A stretch of DNA of 64,000 nucleotides from positions 3,978-67,977 of the forward strand of contig CAYPDP010000001.1 of the NCBI GenBank assembly GCA_964409555.1, written 5' to 3'. Below, piece by piece: positions 46,695 to 56,142 of the stretch; position 1 is the stretch's first letter, and every line of letters starts with the position of its first letter. The notes under the pieces are model-generated. The model did no database searches and was not told where the DNA came from. It saw only the letters and a list, made by a program, of their open reading frames with translations. Origin of the DNA: Candidatus Woesearchaeota archaeon (GTDB taxonomy: Archaea > Nanobdellota > Nanobdellia > Pacearchaeales > GW2011-AR1). The position numbers and the translations under genes were made by a program.

Positions 46695-47779
46695 ATTTTA
46701 AATCTTAAAACTGCCCCAATTCCTGATAAATTTTTAAATTGTTCTCCTTCAGATGTTTCTAAAGAAATAATTTCTACTTTTGATGAAGTACTTTCTGCTA
46801 TTTTTTTTAATTCTCTTAATGTTTCTTTTTCAGTATCTTTTGATAATAATAATGTTTCAACTGCACCATACTCTAAGGCTTTTCTAACATTTTCTTCTTT
46901 ATAGGCTGCCAAATAAGGTTTTTCTCCGAGTGTTTCAAAGAATTTTTCTAATACTTTTTTTTCATGTATTATTTCTTGATTTGCAAGTATGTCTTGTGAT
47001 TTTTGAACAAGTTCTTTAAGGCCGTGTTTATTTGTATCACCAACATCAATTCTTCCAATAAGTTTATTTCTTAATTGAGTTATCATATATTTCCCTTCTA
47101 CGAATTCATCTTTTGTAGGTATTGGTCCCCCAACAAGAATTCCTTTGAGTTTGGGATTTTCAAAAAATATTTCTTTCATATTCTCTGCAATTCTTTTATA
47201 AAATTCTTTAGTAAGACCTTCTGTAATTCTATGAAATCTTTGACTTGACTGACCTCCTGCTTTAACTTTTCCTGGAATTCCAGAAGTTATATGGTGGATT
47301 AATTCAATTCTTTTCCCTTCTAATATACCTATTGTTGCTTCTTTCCTATCCATAACAAGTAATCCAAAAATCTCTTTTACTTCTAACATTTCTTTTAAAG
47401 GATCTAAAACAAATTCCTTATCACACCTATACATTCTTATTTTCAAAGGCAGAGGAGGTTCTATGTTCCATAATTCCAAATCTTCTTGTCCTTCCACATT
47501 GCTAATATTTCCACAAAAGAGAGCAATTCCATTTTCAGGAGTTTTTTTATAATTTTTTAATTCTCTTGTTATTTTATCTAAAGCATTACTCACATTTTTT
47601 CTTGTTGAAGTGCTTTTAATATTTTTTGCAGTTCCTTTTTCAGCCTCTAATTGATCTGATACAGTATGAATATTTTGTCCTGAAGGAACGAAAACAGTTA
47701 TTAGTTCTGTAGCCCTTCCTTTATACTCTTCAAGTTTTTCAATTAATTCTTCAAGTTCTATTTTGGTTAATTCAGTCAT
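46691..47779 (-). CDS. prf1: Peptide chain release factor aRF1
   Basis: GTAKNIKS, YRCD, GGQS; probable ATG at 47779. Confidence 0.96.
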   Translation of the reverse strand: MTELTKIELEELIEKLEEYKGRATELITVFVPSGQNIHTVSDQLEAEKGTAKNIKSTSTRKNVSNALDKITRELKNYKKTPENGIALFCGNISNVEGQEDLELWNIEPPLPLKIRMYRCDKEFVLDPLKEMLEVKEIFGLLVMDRKEATIGILEGKRIELIHHITSGIPGKVKAGGQSSQRFHRITEGLTKEFYKRIAENMKEIFFENPKLKGILVGGPIPTKDEFVEGKYMITQLRNKLIGRIDVGDTNKHGLKELVQKSQDILANQEIIHEKKVLEKFFETLGEKPYLAAYKEENVRKALEYGAVETLLLSKDTEKETLRELKKIAESTSSKVEIISLETSEGEQFKNLSGIGAVLRFKI

Positions 47780-47828
47780 ATTATAGAAAGAAATAATGTA
47801 TTTATAAAATGCGTGTAATTTATTGATA

Positions 47829-50174
47829 TCAAATAAATTCAACATTAAATTTTCCGTTTTTAATTTCTTTAGAACTCGTAACAAATTTTAAATCTTCCAG
47901 AACTTCTTTTAATTTTTCTTTATCTTTTTTTTCTAAAGTTAAGATAATTTCCGCTTTCATTGATTTTTGTGCTTTTGATTTTTCTTGTCTTATTTTTGAA
48001 ATAATTTTAATCATTAATTCTAAAATTTCTTCATTATCTTTTTCTAATTTTTCTGGTTTAGGCCATTTAGTTAAGTGTATGCTTTTTTCTTTTATTTGTT
48101 TTTTAAAATAAGTTTGATAAATTTCTTCAGTAATAAATGGAATTATTGGGGCAAATAATTTTAATAAAATTAAGAGAGAATTGTAAAGAGTGTATTGTGC
48201 AGATATTTTTTTATTTCCTTTTTCATTATAAATTCTATATTTAACAATTTCTAAATAATTATCTGTGAATGTTTTCCAGAAAAATTTTTCAATACTTGAT
48301 TTAGCTTTTGAGTATTCATAATTTTTGAAATTATTTGTAACTTTTTCAATTAATTCATTTAATTTTCCTAAAAATAATTCATCTGTTTTTTCTAATTTTT
48401 CTGGTTTTTGATATTTATAATCTTCAAGATTCATAAAAATAAATTTAGAAGCATTTATAATTTTAATAATAAGTTTTTTTCCTGTGATTAAATCTTTTTC
48501 CTGATAATCCATATCTTCTCCTAATTTTGAACCTGCAGCCCAGAATCTTAAAGCATCTGCTCCATAAATTTCTATGATCTCTTTTGGATGAATTCCAGTT
48601 CCTTTGCTTTTAGACATTTTTTCTCCTTTAAATGTTGTAAATCCTGAAATTACAATATCTTTCCAAGGGATTTCTTTTTTATGCAAGTAGGATTTAACAA
48701 TTGTATAAAATGCCCAAGTTCTAATTATATCATGTGCTTGAGGTCTTAATGAGAAAGGTATATTTATTTTATTATTAACTAATGATGAGGCTATTTCAGG
48801 AGTTAGAGAAGAAGTTGCCCATGTATCTAAAACTCTTTCTTCACCTTTTGCAAATTCTCCGCATTTTTCGCATTTCTTTTTTATTTCTAAAGAGTCTATT
48901 GGAAGTTCTTTTTCTTCAGGTAAAATAATTTCATTACATTTTTTACATTCCCATATGGGGATTGGAATTCCAAAATGTCTTTCTCTTGAAATACTCCAGT
49001 CCCATTCCAAACCATTAACCCAATTTTCATATCGTTTAAACATAAATTTTGGATACCAATTTATTTTTTCTCCTTGTTTAATTAATTCATTTTTTTTATC
49101 TAAAATTTTAATGAACCATTGGTTTGTTGGAACAAATTCAATTTCAGTTCCACATTTATCATGAACATTAACAACATGTTGAATTTCTTTTTGTTCTTTA
49201 ATTAATTCTAATTTAGATAAATCTTCAAGAATTTTTTTTCTCGCATCTTTTATTTTTAATCCTTTGTAATTATCTATGTTTAAAGTCCCATTTTTATTTA
49301 GGATTATTTTTGGATTAAGTTTGTGTCTATTAATTGATTCAACATCATATTTATCTCCGTATGAACAAATCATTAAAACTCCTGTTCCTTTTTCAATTTC
49401 TGCAGATTTATCTTTTAGGATTGGAACTTCTGAATTGAATAAAGGAATTTTTGCTTTTTGACCAATTAAATTTTTATATCTTTTGTCTTCGGGATTTACA
49501 AATATTGCAACACATGCTCCTAAGAGTTCTGGTCTTGTTGTAGCGATTAATAAATCTTTATTATTAACTTTAAATTTAAGTGTGGAGAATAAAGTATTTT
49601 TTTCTTTATCTTCTAATTCTGCCTGAGCGATTGTTGTTTGACATTCAGGACACCATAAAGTTGGAAATTCTTTTTTGTAAATTTCTTCTTTTTTATAGAG
49701 GTCAATAAAAGATTTTTGTGATATTTTTTGAGAATGTTTATCAATTGTAGAATAATAAATACTATAATCACAAGATATTCCTAATTCTTTCCAATCATTA
49801 ATAAAATCAGGTGTTATTTTTTTTAAAGTTTCTAAACATAGTTTGATAAAATTCGCTCGAGACATACTTTTACTTTTTATCTTGTTTTTTTTCTCAACAA
49901 ATCTTTCTGTTGGAAGCCCATTATCATCAGTTCCAAAAGGATAAAATACTTCACCCTCTCCTTTTAAAAACATTCTCCAAAATCTTGCTATAAAATCTTG
50001 CTGAGAATATGAAAAAGCATGTCCTATATGCATATCTCCTGAAACATAGGGTGGAGGGGTATCAATTGAGTAAATTTTTTTAGATTTTAAATCTGTTTGA
50101 TAAGTTTTTTCTTTTTCCCATATTTTTTTCCATTTATCTTCAATTTCTTTTATATTAATTTTATTTTTACTCAT
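47829..50174 (-). CDS. valS: Valyl-tRNA synthetase (archaeal type)
   Basis: DTPPPYVSG..HIGH, ATTRPEL, WDWSISRER, DTWATSS, RPQAHDIIRTWAF, KMSKS. Confidence 0.97.
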   Translation of the reverse strand: MSKNKINIKEIEDKWKKIWEKEKTYQTDLKSKKIYSIDTPPPYVSGDMHIGHAFSYSQQDFIARFWRMFLKGEGEVFYPFGTDDNGLPTERFVEKKNKIKSKSMSRANFIKLCLETLKKITPDFINDWKELGISCDYSIYYSTIDKHSQKISQKSFIDLYKKEEIYKKEFPTLWCPECQTTIAQAELEDKEKNTLFSTLKFKVNNKDLLIATTRPELLGACVAIFVNPEDKRYKNLIGQKAKIPLFNSEVPILKDKSAEIEKGTGVLMICSYGDKYDVESINRHKLNPKIILNKNGTLNIDNYKGLKIKDARKKILEDLSKLELIKEQKEIQHVVNVHDKCGTEIEFVPTNQWFIKILDKKNELIKQGEKINWYPKFMFKRYENWVNGLEWDWSISRERHFGIPIPIWECKKCNEIILPEEKELPIDSLEIKKKCEKCGEFAKGEERVLDTWATSSLTPEIASSLVNNKINIPFSLRPQAHDIIRTWAFYTIVKSYLHKKEIPWKDIVISGFTTFKGEKMSKSKGTGIHPKEIIEIYGADALRFWAAGSKLGEDMDYQEKDLITGKKLIIKIINASKFIFMNLEDYKYQKPEKLEKTDELFLGKLNELIEKVTNNFKNYEYSKAKSSIEKFFWKTFTDNYLEIVKYRIYNEKGNKKISAQYTLYNSLLILLKLFAPIIPFITEEIYQTYFKKQIKEKSIHLTKWPKPEKLEKDNEEILELMIKIISKIRQEKSKAQKSMKAEIILTLEKKDKEKLKEVLEDLKFVTSSKEIKNGKFNVEFI

Positions 50175-50227
50175 ATTCTAAAATTCAATAATAATAACTT
50201 TTAAAAAGTATCTGTAATTAATAAAAT

Positions 50228-50389
50228 ATGGCAAAAGATAATAGTGTAAATCTTCCAGGAGGATTTGGAGGACTTGTAAGATATGATGAAGAATATGAAA
50301 GTATTTTTAATTTAAAACCCTCTCATATTATAGTTTTTATTGTTTTAATAATCGCGTTTAGATTTTTTTTAGGGGCGATTTTTAAATAA
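50228..50389 (+). CDS. secG: Preprotein translocase subunit Sec61beta, 53 aa, not in ORF track
   Basis: MAKDNSVNLPGGFGGLVRYDEEYES...LKPSH followed by one TM helix. Confidence 0.88.
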   Translation: MAKDNSVNLPGGFGGLVRYDEEYESIFNLKPSHIIVFIVLIIAFRFFLGAIFK

Positions 50390-50405
50390 AATATTAATAA
50401 ATAAA

Positions 50406-50744
50406 ATGTTAGGCGGATTAAACCCAAAAAAAATGCAAGCACTCATGAAACAGATGGGAATGTCTCAAAATGAAATTCCTACAAGTAGAGTGATAATTGA
50501 AAAAGAAGATAATTCTAAAATTATTATTGAAAACCCTTCTGTAACAAAAATAACAATGCAAGGTCAGGAAACATTTCAGGTTGTAGGTAATGCTGTTGAA
50601 GTTGAGTCAGAGGAAGAAAAATTTTCTGAAGAAGATATTAAAACAGTTATTGAAAAAACATCTTGTACTCGTGAACAAGCAGAAAAAGTTTTGGAATCAA
50701 CAAATGGGGATTTGGCTGAAGCTATTTTGGAATTAAGTTCTTAA
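50406..50744 (+). CDS. nac: Nascent polypeptide-associated complex protein
   Basis: NPKKMQ.LMKQMG, IIIENPSV, C-terminal UBA GDLAEAILEL. Confidence 0.96.
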   Translation: MLGGLNPKKMQALMKQMGMSQNEIPTSRVIIEKEDNSKIIIENPSVTKITMQGQETFQVVGNAVEVESEEEKFSEEDIKTVIEKTSCTREQAEKVLESTNGDLAEAILELSS

Positions 50745-50811
50745 TTTCATTATTTTTTAAATATATTCTTAATCATAGATTATTTATAAATAATTTTATT
50801 AGATTAAAATT

Positions 50812-51054
50812 ATGGTAAAGCTCATAGATAAAGATTATACAATGAATAATAAAGAAATGCAGTCTATTTTAAAAGGTTCAATTATAAAATATATTTCTTT
50901 AATAGGATGAGTTTATTCTGTTACTAAAGATATTAATTTATTAATGATTATTGCTGCTGGAGCAGGTTATCTTCTTGGAGATATTATGCAAAAGGCTCAT
51001 AAAGATTCTTTAGAAGAAAGAAGATTTAAAGTTTTAGAAGAAAGATTAAAATAA
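50812..51054 (+). pseudogene. Small two-TM membrane protein ORF interrupted by in-frame TGA (50908-50910)
   Basis: MVKLIDKDYTMNNKEMQSILKGSIIKYISLIG*VYSVTKDINLLMIIAAGAGYLLGDIMQKAHKDSLEERRFKVLEERLK; TTTATAAA box about 29 nt before ATG. Confidence 0.6.
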
Positions 51055-51115
51055 GATTAATTTTTATTTTATAATTTTGCAAATAATTTATAAATATCCT
51101 TAAATTAATAAAAAA

Positions 51116-52330
51116 ATGACAAAAGAAAATTATCAACCTTCTCAAGAAATTCTTGATAAATATGCAGAGGTTTTAGTTAATTTTGCTTTAAATTCTGGTG
51201 AAGGTATTAAGAAAGGAGAAGTTGTTTTCTTGCAAGTTTCAGAGATAGCAAAACCTTTGTTAATTTCTTTAAGAAGAGCTGTTTTAAAATCTGGAGCACA
51301 CCCAATTATTCATTATTTACCTGATGATATGTCTAAAGAATTTTTTGAATTAGCAGAAGATTCTCATTTAAATTTTTTTCCAGATAAATATCTTAAAGGT
51401 AAAATTGAACAGGCAGACCATTTCATAAGTATTATTTCTGAAACAAATAAACAAGAATTAAAAGATATTGATCCTAAAAAAATAATGATGCGTTCAAAAA
51501 CATTTAAACCATATATGGATTGGAGAAATGAGAAAGAAAATAAAGGTAAATTTACCTGGGCTTTGGCATTGTATGGGACTGAGGCAATGGCTAAAGAAGC
51601 TAATTTGAATTTGGAAGAATATTGGAATGAAATAATTAAAGCGTGTTATCTTGATTTTGAAAATCCTGTTGAAAAGTGGAAAGAAATATCTGAAGAAATA
51701 TGTAGGGTAAGAACTAAACTTAATGAATTAAAAATTGAAAAATTACATATTAAATCAGAAAATATTGATTTGATTGTTTGGCTTGGAAAAAATAGGAAGT
51801 GGGTTGGATGTCCTGGAAGAAATATCCCTAGTTTTGAGATATTTATTTCTCCAGATTGTAGATTAACTGAAGGAAAAATTAAATTTAATCAACCATTATA
51901 TAGGTATGGGAATATTATAACTGGGATTAGTCTTGAATTTAAAGAAGGAAAAGTTGTTAATTTTAGTGCAGATAGAAATGAAAATGTTTTGAAAGAGATG
52001 ATTTTGTCTGATGAAGGTTCAAATAAAATTGGGGAGTTTTCTCTTACTGATTCAAGACTTTCAAGGATAAGTAAATTTATGGCTGAAACTCTATTTGATG
52101 AAAATATGGGTGGAGAATATGGAAATATGCATATAGCCTTAGGTTCTGCTTATAAAGATTCTTTTCCAGGAGATTATTCTAAAATAACTGAAAAGGAATG
52201 GAAAGAAATTGGATATAATGATTCAGTTGTTCATACAGATATTGTTTCTACTGAAAATAAAGAAGTAACAGCTTATCTTGAAAATGGTGAAAAAATTATT
52301 ATTTATAAAGAAGGAAAATTTACACTTTAA
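51116..52330 (+). CDS. M29 family aminopeptidase (AmpS/PepS-like)
   Basis: KYA.VLV..AL, NIPSFEIF.SP, IGEFSL, TLFDEN, H.ALG.AY, N.S.VHTD. Confidence 0.93.
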   Translation: MTKENYQPSQEILDKYAEVLVNFALNSGEGIKKGEVVFLQVSEIAKPLLISLRRAVLKSGAHPIIHYLPDDMSKEFFELAEDSHLNFFPDKYLKGKIEQADHFISIISETNKQELKDIDPKKIMMRSKTFKPYMDWRNEKENKGKFTWALALYGTEAMAKEANLNLEEYWNEIIKACYLDFENPVEKWKEISEEICRVRTKLNELKIEKLHIKSENIDLIVWLGKNRKWVGCPGRNIPSFEIFISPDCRLTEGKIKFNQPLYRYGNIITGISLEFKEGKVVNFSADRNENVLKEMILSDEGSNKIGEFSLTDSRLSRISKFMAETLFDENMGGEYGNMHIALGSAYKDSFPGDYSKITEKEWKEIGYNDSVVHTDIVSTENKEVTAYLENGEKIIIYKEGKFTL

Positions 52331-52337
52331 ATATAAA

Positions 52338-52628
52338 TTATTCTTGCATTATTTTTTCTAATTCTCCAATAAAATTAAACTTATGTTTTTCCATAAATCT
52401 TTTAACTTTTTCAGAAGTTTCAAATTCTTCATCTTTAAGATGTTTTCCATATAAAATAGAATCGCTTCCTTTAAATGAGTAAGTTTCACAAGTTTCACAA
52501 TAATATATTTTTCCCATATCTATAGATGATTTATTACTTGTTTTTTTAATAACAAAAGAACTTTCAAGATATGCTTTTCCACATTCTTTATGTTTTGGAG
52601 ATATCATATATATTAATACTTTTTTCAT
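52338..52628 (-). CDS. Hypothetical protein, possible Zn ribbon
   Basis: HKECG and YYCETC pairs. Confidence 0.6.
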   Translation of the reverse strand: MKKVLIYMISPKHKECGKAYLESSFVIKKTSNKSSIDMGKIYYCETCETYSFKGSDSILYGKHLKDEEFETSEKVKRFMEKHKFNFIGELEKIMQE

Positions 52629-52703
52629 TTAAAAATAATCTTTCTTTGATTTATAAATATTTTTATAGATAATTATATTAATTTAATTTATTTTTATTTA
52701 TTA

Positions 52704-53183
52704 ATGGTAGAATTTATGAAATCTTTGAATGGTGCAGAAAAAAGAATTGAAATAGCAAGTCATATGATTTATGTGATTTTTCCATTAATTAAAGATAAAA
52801 GAATTCTTATTAAAGTTATTTTAGAATTAAATTTTTCTGTTGTTGAATGTATTAATTTGATACTTCAATATGAGTATTTGTTTAAGAGAATTTTTTTGCA
52901 TAAAGATAAAAAAATTAATTTTGAAATATTTAAAGAAAAATGTGCTAAAAGATATAATATAACTGAAGATGAAATATCTAAGATAATTTTACTTTTTAAA
53001 TTGGTTAAAAAACATAAAAATAATTTTTCTGAATTTATTAAGGAAGATAAATTAATTATTTTGTCTGAAAATTTTAATAAAGAGGTTTTAACAATTGAAA
53101 AAATAAAGGAATTTATTGAATTATCACGTATTATTTTGGATAAAACAAGACAGATTTTTTCTAAATATAATTATGAAAATTAG
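52704..53183 (+). CDS. Conserved hypothetical protein (helical, HEPN-like pattern)
   Basis: IASHMIYVIFPLIKDKR.L; related to the next gene (ADHLLYV). Confidence 0.7.
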   Translation: MVEFMKSLNGAEKRIEIASHMIYVIFPLIKDKRILIKVILELNFSVVECINLILQYEYLFKRIFLHKDKKINFEIFKEKCAKRYNITEDEISKIILLFKLVKKHKNNFSEFIKEDKLIILSENFNKEVLTIEKIKEFIELSRIILDKTRQIFSKYNYEN

Positions 53184-53250
53184 AAAAAGTATAAAAAGGC
53201 ATATTTCTTGATTAATTACACTTCTAAATTTATACTGGTGAAGGAAAGTA

Positions 53251-53691
53251 ATGGAAGATATAATTCAAGAGAAAATAAGCGCAGACCATCTTTTATATGT
53301 GAGTTTAAAATATACTAAAACTTGTGATGTTATATTTAATTTGCTTATAAGATGGAGAAAAATGATTGAGACAAGCATAAATGCAATTTTAAATCATGCT
53401 AAAAAGAAAAAGAAAATTTCATCTGTTTCTACGAGTCCTATTAAAAAAGTAGAACAAATAAAAATATTGTTTAAAAATGATAAAGATTTTCTTGAAGTTA
53501 TAAAATTTTATGAGATGTTGAGAAAACTTGAAGATCTTAGAACTGAAAGAATTGGGGAATTTAGAAAGAATGTTAATTTAAAAATAATGTATCGGGGAAA
53601 AGAAATAAACATTAATTTAGAACAATTAAAAATTTATACAGATAAATTAGAAAAGTTTATAAGCACTACAAAACAATTTCTTTGGTCTTAA
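53251..53691 (+). CDS. Conserved hypothetical protein
   Basis: EKISADHLLYVSLKYTKTCDVI, EFRKNV. Confidence 0.75.
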   Translation: MEDIIQEKISADHLLYVSLKYTKTCDVIFNLLIRWRKMIETSINAILNHAKKKKKISSVSTSPIKKVEQIKILFKNDKDFLEVIKFYEMLRKLEDLRTERIGEFRKNVNLKIMYRGKEININLEQLKIYTDKLEKFISTTKQFLWS

Positions 53692-53794
53692 AAATTTTGT
53701 AATTTTGAGAAAATAGAAATTTCTTAATTTGATATATTAAAATTTTTTTAAAAGACAGATAAAATTTTGAAATTAATTCAAAAATATTTGTAAA

Positions 53795-54583
53795 ATGAAA
53801 AAAGTTATTGTTATAACGTCTGGGAAAGGGGGTGTCGGAAAGACTACTACTGCTATAAATTTAGGTGCAGCCATAAATTATTTTGGGGAAGATGTTTTAG
53901 TCGTTGACGGAAATTTATCAACTCCTAATGTAGGTATTCATTTGGGTTCTCCTGAAGCTCCTGTAAATTTAAATGATGTTCTTTTAAAAAAATCAGATGT
54001 TTTTGAAGCAGTATATGAACATGATTCTGGAGTGAAAATAATGCCTTCTTCTTTATCAATTAAAGAATTGGAAAAAATAAAACCTAAAAAAATAAAAGAT
54101 CTTAAAGGTGAATTTGAGAAAATATCTGATTATATAATTGTTGATAGTGCTGCGGGTTTAGGTGATGAGGCAAAATCAGTTATGGAAATAGCAGATGAAC
54201 TTATAATTGTAACAAATCCTGAGATGCCTGCTATAACTGATGCTTTAAAAGCGATAAAATTTGCAGAGAATCTAAAAAAACCAATTATGGGAATTATTGT
54301 TACAAGAGTTAAAAAAAATAAAATTGAAATGAGTGCAGATACTGTTAAAGATATGCTTGAGTCTCCTATTTTAGGGATGGTTCCAGAGGATATGTCTGTT
54401 TCTGAATCTCTGAGCCTTAAAGATGCAGTTGTTCATACTCATCCAAAATCAAAATCTGCAAGAGCTTATAAAGAAATTGCTGCAAAAATTATTAATGTTA
54501 ATTATGATTCAGATAAAGATAGAGAAAAAATTGTAAGAATTCTTCTTAAAAAATTAGGGTTAAAACACAAACCTTATTTTTAA
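53795..54583 (+). CDS. minD: MinD-family ATPase
   Basis: SGKGGVGKTT deviant Walker A, VDGNL..PN, DSAAGLG, VTNPE.PA.TDA.K. Confidence 0.93.
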   Translation: MKKVIVITSGKGGVGKTTTAINLGAAINYFGEDVLVVDGNLSTPNVGIHLGSPEAPVNLNDVLLKKSDVFEAVYEHDSGVKIMPSSLSIKELEKIKPKKIKDLKGEFEKISDYIIVDSAAGLGDEAKSVMEIADELIIVTNPEMPAITDALKAIKFAENLKKPIMGIIVTRVKKNKIEMSADTVKDMLESPILGMVPEDMSVSESLSLKDAVVHTHPKSKSARAYKEIAAKIINVNYDSDKDREKIVRILLKKLGLKHKPYF

Positions 54584-54599
54584 ATTTCTTTTAAAAAAA

Positions 54600-54773
54600 T
54601 TAATCACTTATTGCATCAACTGGGCAAGATTCTATTGCTTCTTTTACACATGGAATATTTTTTTGAACTTTAACATGAGCTTTGTTATCATCTCGCATCT
54701 CAAAAACTTCCTCGCAAACTGAAGAACAAGTTCCACATCCAATACATTTCTCTTTATCCACTTTTATTACCAT
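54600..54773 (-). CDS. Monocluster ferredoxin, 57 aa, not in ORF track
   Basis: MVIKVDKEKCIGCGTCSSVCEEVFEM...CVKEAIESCPVDAISD. Confidence 0.93.
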   Translation of the reverse strand: MVIKVDKEKCIGCGTCSSVCEEVFEMRDDNKAHVKVQKNIPCVKEAIESCPVDAISD

Positions 54774-54823
54774 TGAATTCTTTATTTAGATAGGTTTATA
54801 AATTTATTTTTTTTTAAGTAATT

Positions 54824-55381
54824 ATGATATTATTATTTTCAATAATCCTTGTTGTTTTTATAGCAATAATATTTTTCTATTATTATAATAGATTTGCTAT
54901 TTTATCTAATAGAATTGATAATTCTTTGAGTCAGATTGATGTTCAATTAAAAAGACGTGCAGATTTAATTCCTAATTTAATTGAGACAGTTAAGGGTTTT
55001 GCGAAACATGAGACTGCTGCTATAAAATCAGTTACTGAAGCGAGAAAAGCTTTAGTTTCTGCTAATAATGGAAAGAGTATGGAGAAAAAAGTTAAGGCAA
55101 ATAATCAGTTGGAATCTGCATTAAAAACAATTTTTGCAATTGCAGAAGGTTATCCTGATTTGAAAGCAAATACTAATTTTCTTGAATTACAGAGAGAATT
55201 AACTTCTACAGAAGATAAAGTTGCATATGCAAGACAATATTACAATGATAGTATTTTAACTTATAATAATTTATGTAAAACAATGCCTGGAGCTTTCTTT
55301 GCTAATCTTTATGGAAGAAAAGAAAAAGAATATTTGAAGATAACTGAAGTTGAGAAGAAATTAGTGAAAGTTAAATTTTAA
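54824..55381 (+). CDS. lemA: LemA family protein
   Basis: SQIDVQLKRRADLIPNLIETVKG.A.HE, AE.YPDLKAN.NFL.LQ.EL..TE.K.A.ARQ.YN. Confidence 0.96.
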   Translation: MILLFSIILVVFIAIIFFYYYNRFAILSNRIDNSLSQIDVQLKRRADLIPNLIETVKGFAKHETAAIKSVTEARKALVSANNGKSMEKKVKANNQLESALKTIFAIAEGYPDLKANTNFLELQRELTSTEDKVAYARQYYNDSILTYNNLCKTMPGAFFANLYGRKEKEYLKITEVEKKLVKVKF

Positions 55382-55386
55382 TAATT

Positions 55387-56142
55387 TTAAGTTAAAATTA
55401 AATTTTTTTTAAATTCATAAATTTTATCTTTTCCAACTATGAAAATATTAAATTTCTTTAATTTTTTTTTAGGAATAATTGAAAAATCTTTGTATTTATT
55501 TTTTCCATAATCTTTATCTTGTTCAATGTCTGTTCCTTCTATTAGTGAGAAAAAACTTGGTAATATTATTATTTTCTTATTTTTCCATTTTCCTATAAGA
55601 AAACATTTGTATTTTTCTTTTTTTATACATCCAATTTTATCAGTTAAATAAGTTGCAGGGTGTAGATGTCCCATAACAATTGTTTTTATTTTTTTATCAA
55701 TAATTTCTGAAAAAATTTTGTTTCCATGTATAAATGCAATGTCATCTTGAATGTAATAATTTTTATATTTTCTAAAATCAAGTTCTATTTTTTCATGATT
55801 TCCTTTTAATAAAATTATATTTTTTTTATTTGTTTTTTTAAGGCAAGATTCAAGAAATTTTAAAAAATTTCTAATTTTAAATTTTTCTTCTAATTGAAAA
55901 TTAAAATGATGTTTTAAATCACCAAGAATAATTATTTTTTTAATTTCTAATTTTTCTTTTTTTAATTCTTTTAATATTCTTTTAATATTTGTTTTAGATT
56001 CTTCAAGCTGACTGAATGGAAAATTTACACCCTGATTTTTTAGCATTTGTTCGTACCCCAAATGTAAATCTCCAAAAGTTAAAATACCTGAATTATAAAA
56101 ATATAGAGCCTTATTTAATAATAAATAATCTTTCTTTTTCAT
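55387..56142 (-). CDS. Lhr-associated metallophosphoesterase (MPE nuclease-like)
   Basis: GDLHLGYE, LGDLKH, KGNHE, FIHG, MGHLHPA, ILPSF; coupled to lhr. Confidence 0.9.
   Translation of the reverse strand: MKKKDYLLLNKALYFYNSGILTFGDLHLGYEQMLKNQGVNFPFSQLEESKTNIKRILKELKKEKLEIKKIIILGDLKHHFNFQLEEKFKIRNFLKFLESCLKKTNKKNIILLKGNHEKIELDFRKYKNYYIQDDIAFIHGNKIFSEIIDKKIKTIVMGHLHPATYLTDKIGCIKKEKYKCFLIGKWKNKKIIILPSFFSLIEGTDIEQDKDYGKNKYKDFSIIPKKKLKKFNIFIVGKDKIYEFKKNLILT

Noticed and set aside
46691..51054. Genome-wide stop-codon reassignment suggested by the TGA-interrupted ORF
   Set aside because: Conserved genes are uninterrupted in the standard code, several end in TGA or TAG at expected positions, and aRF1 has normal NIKS, YxCxxxF and GGQ motifs
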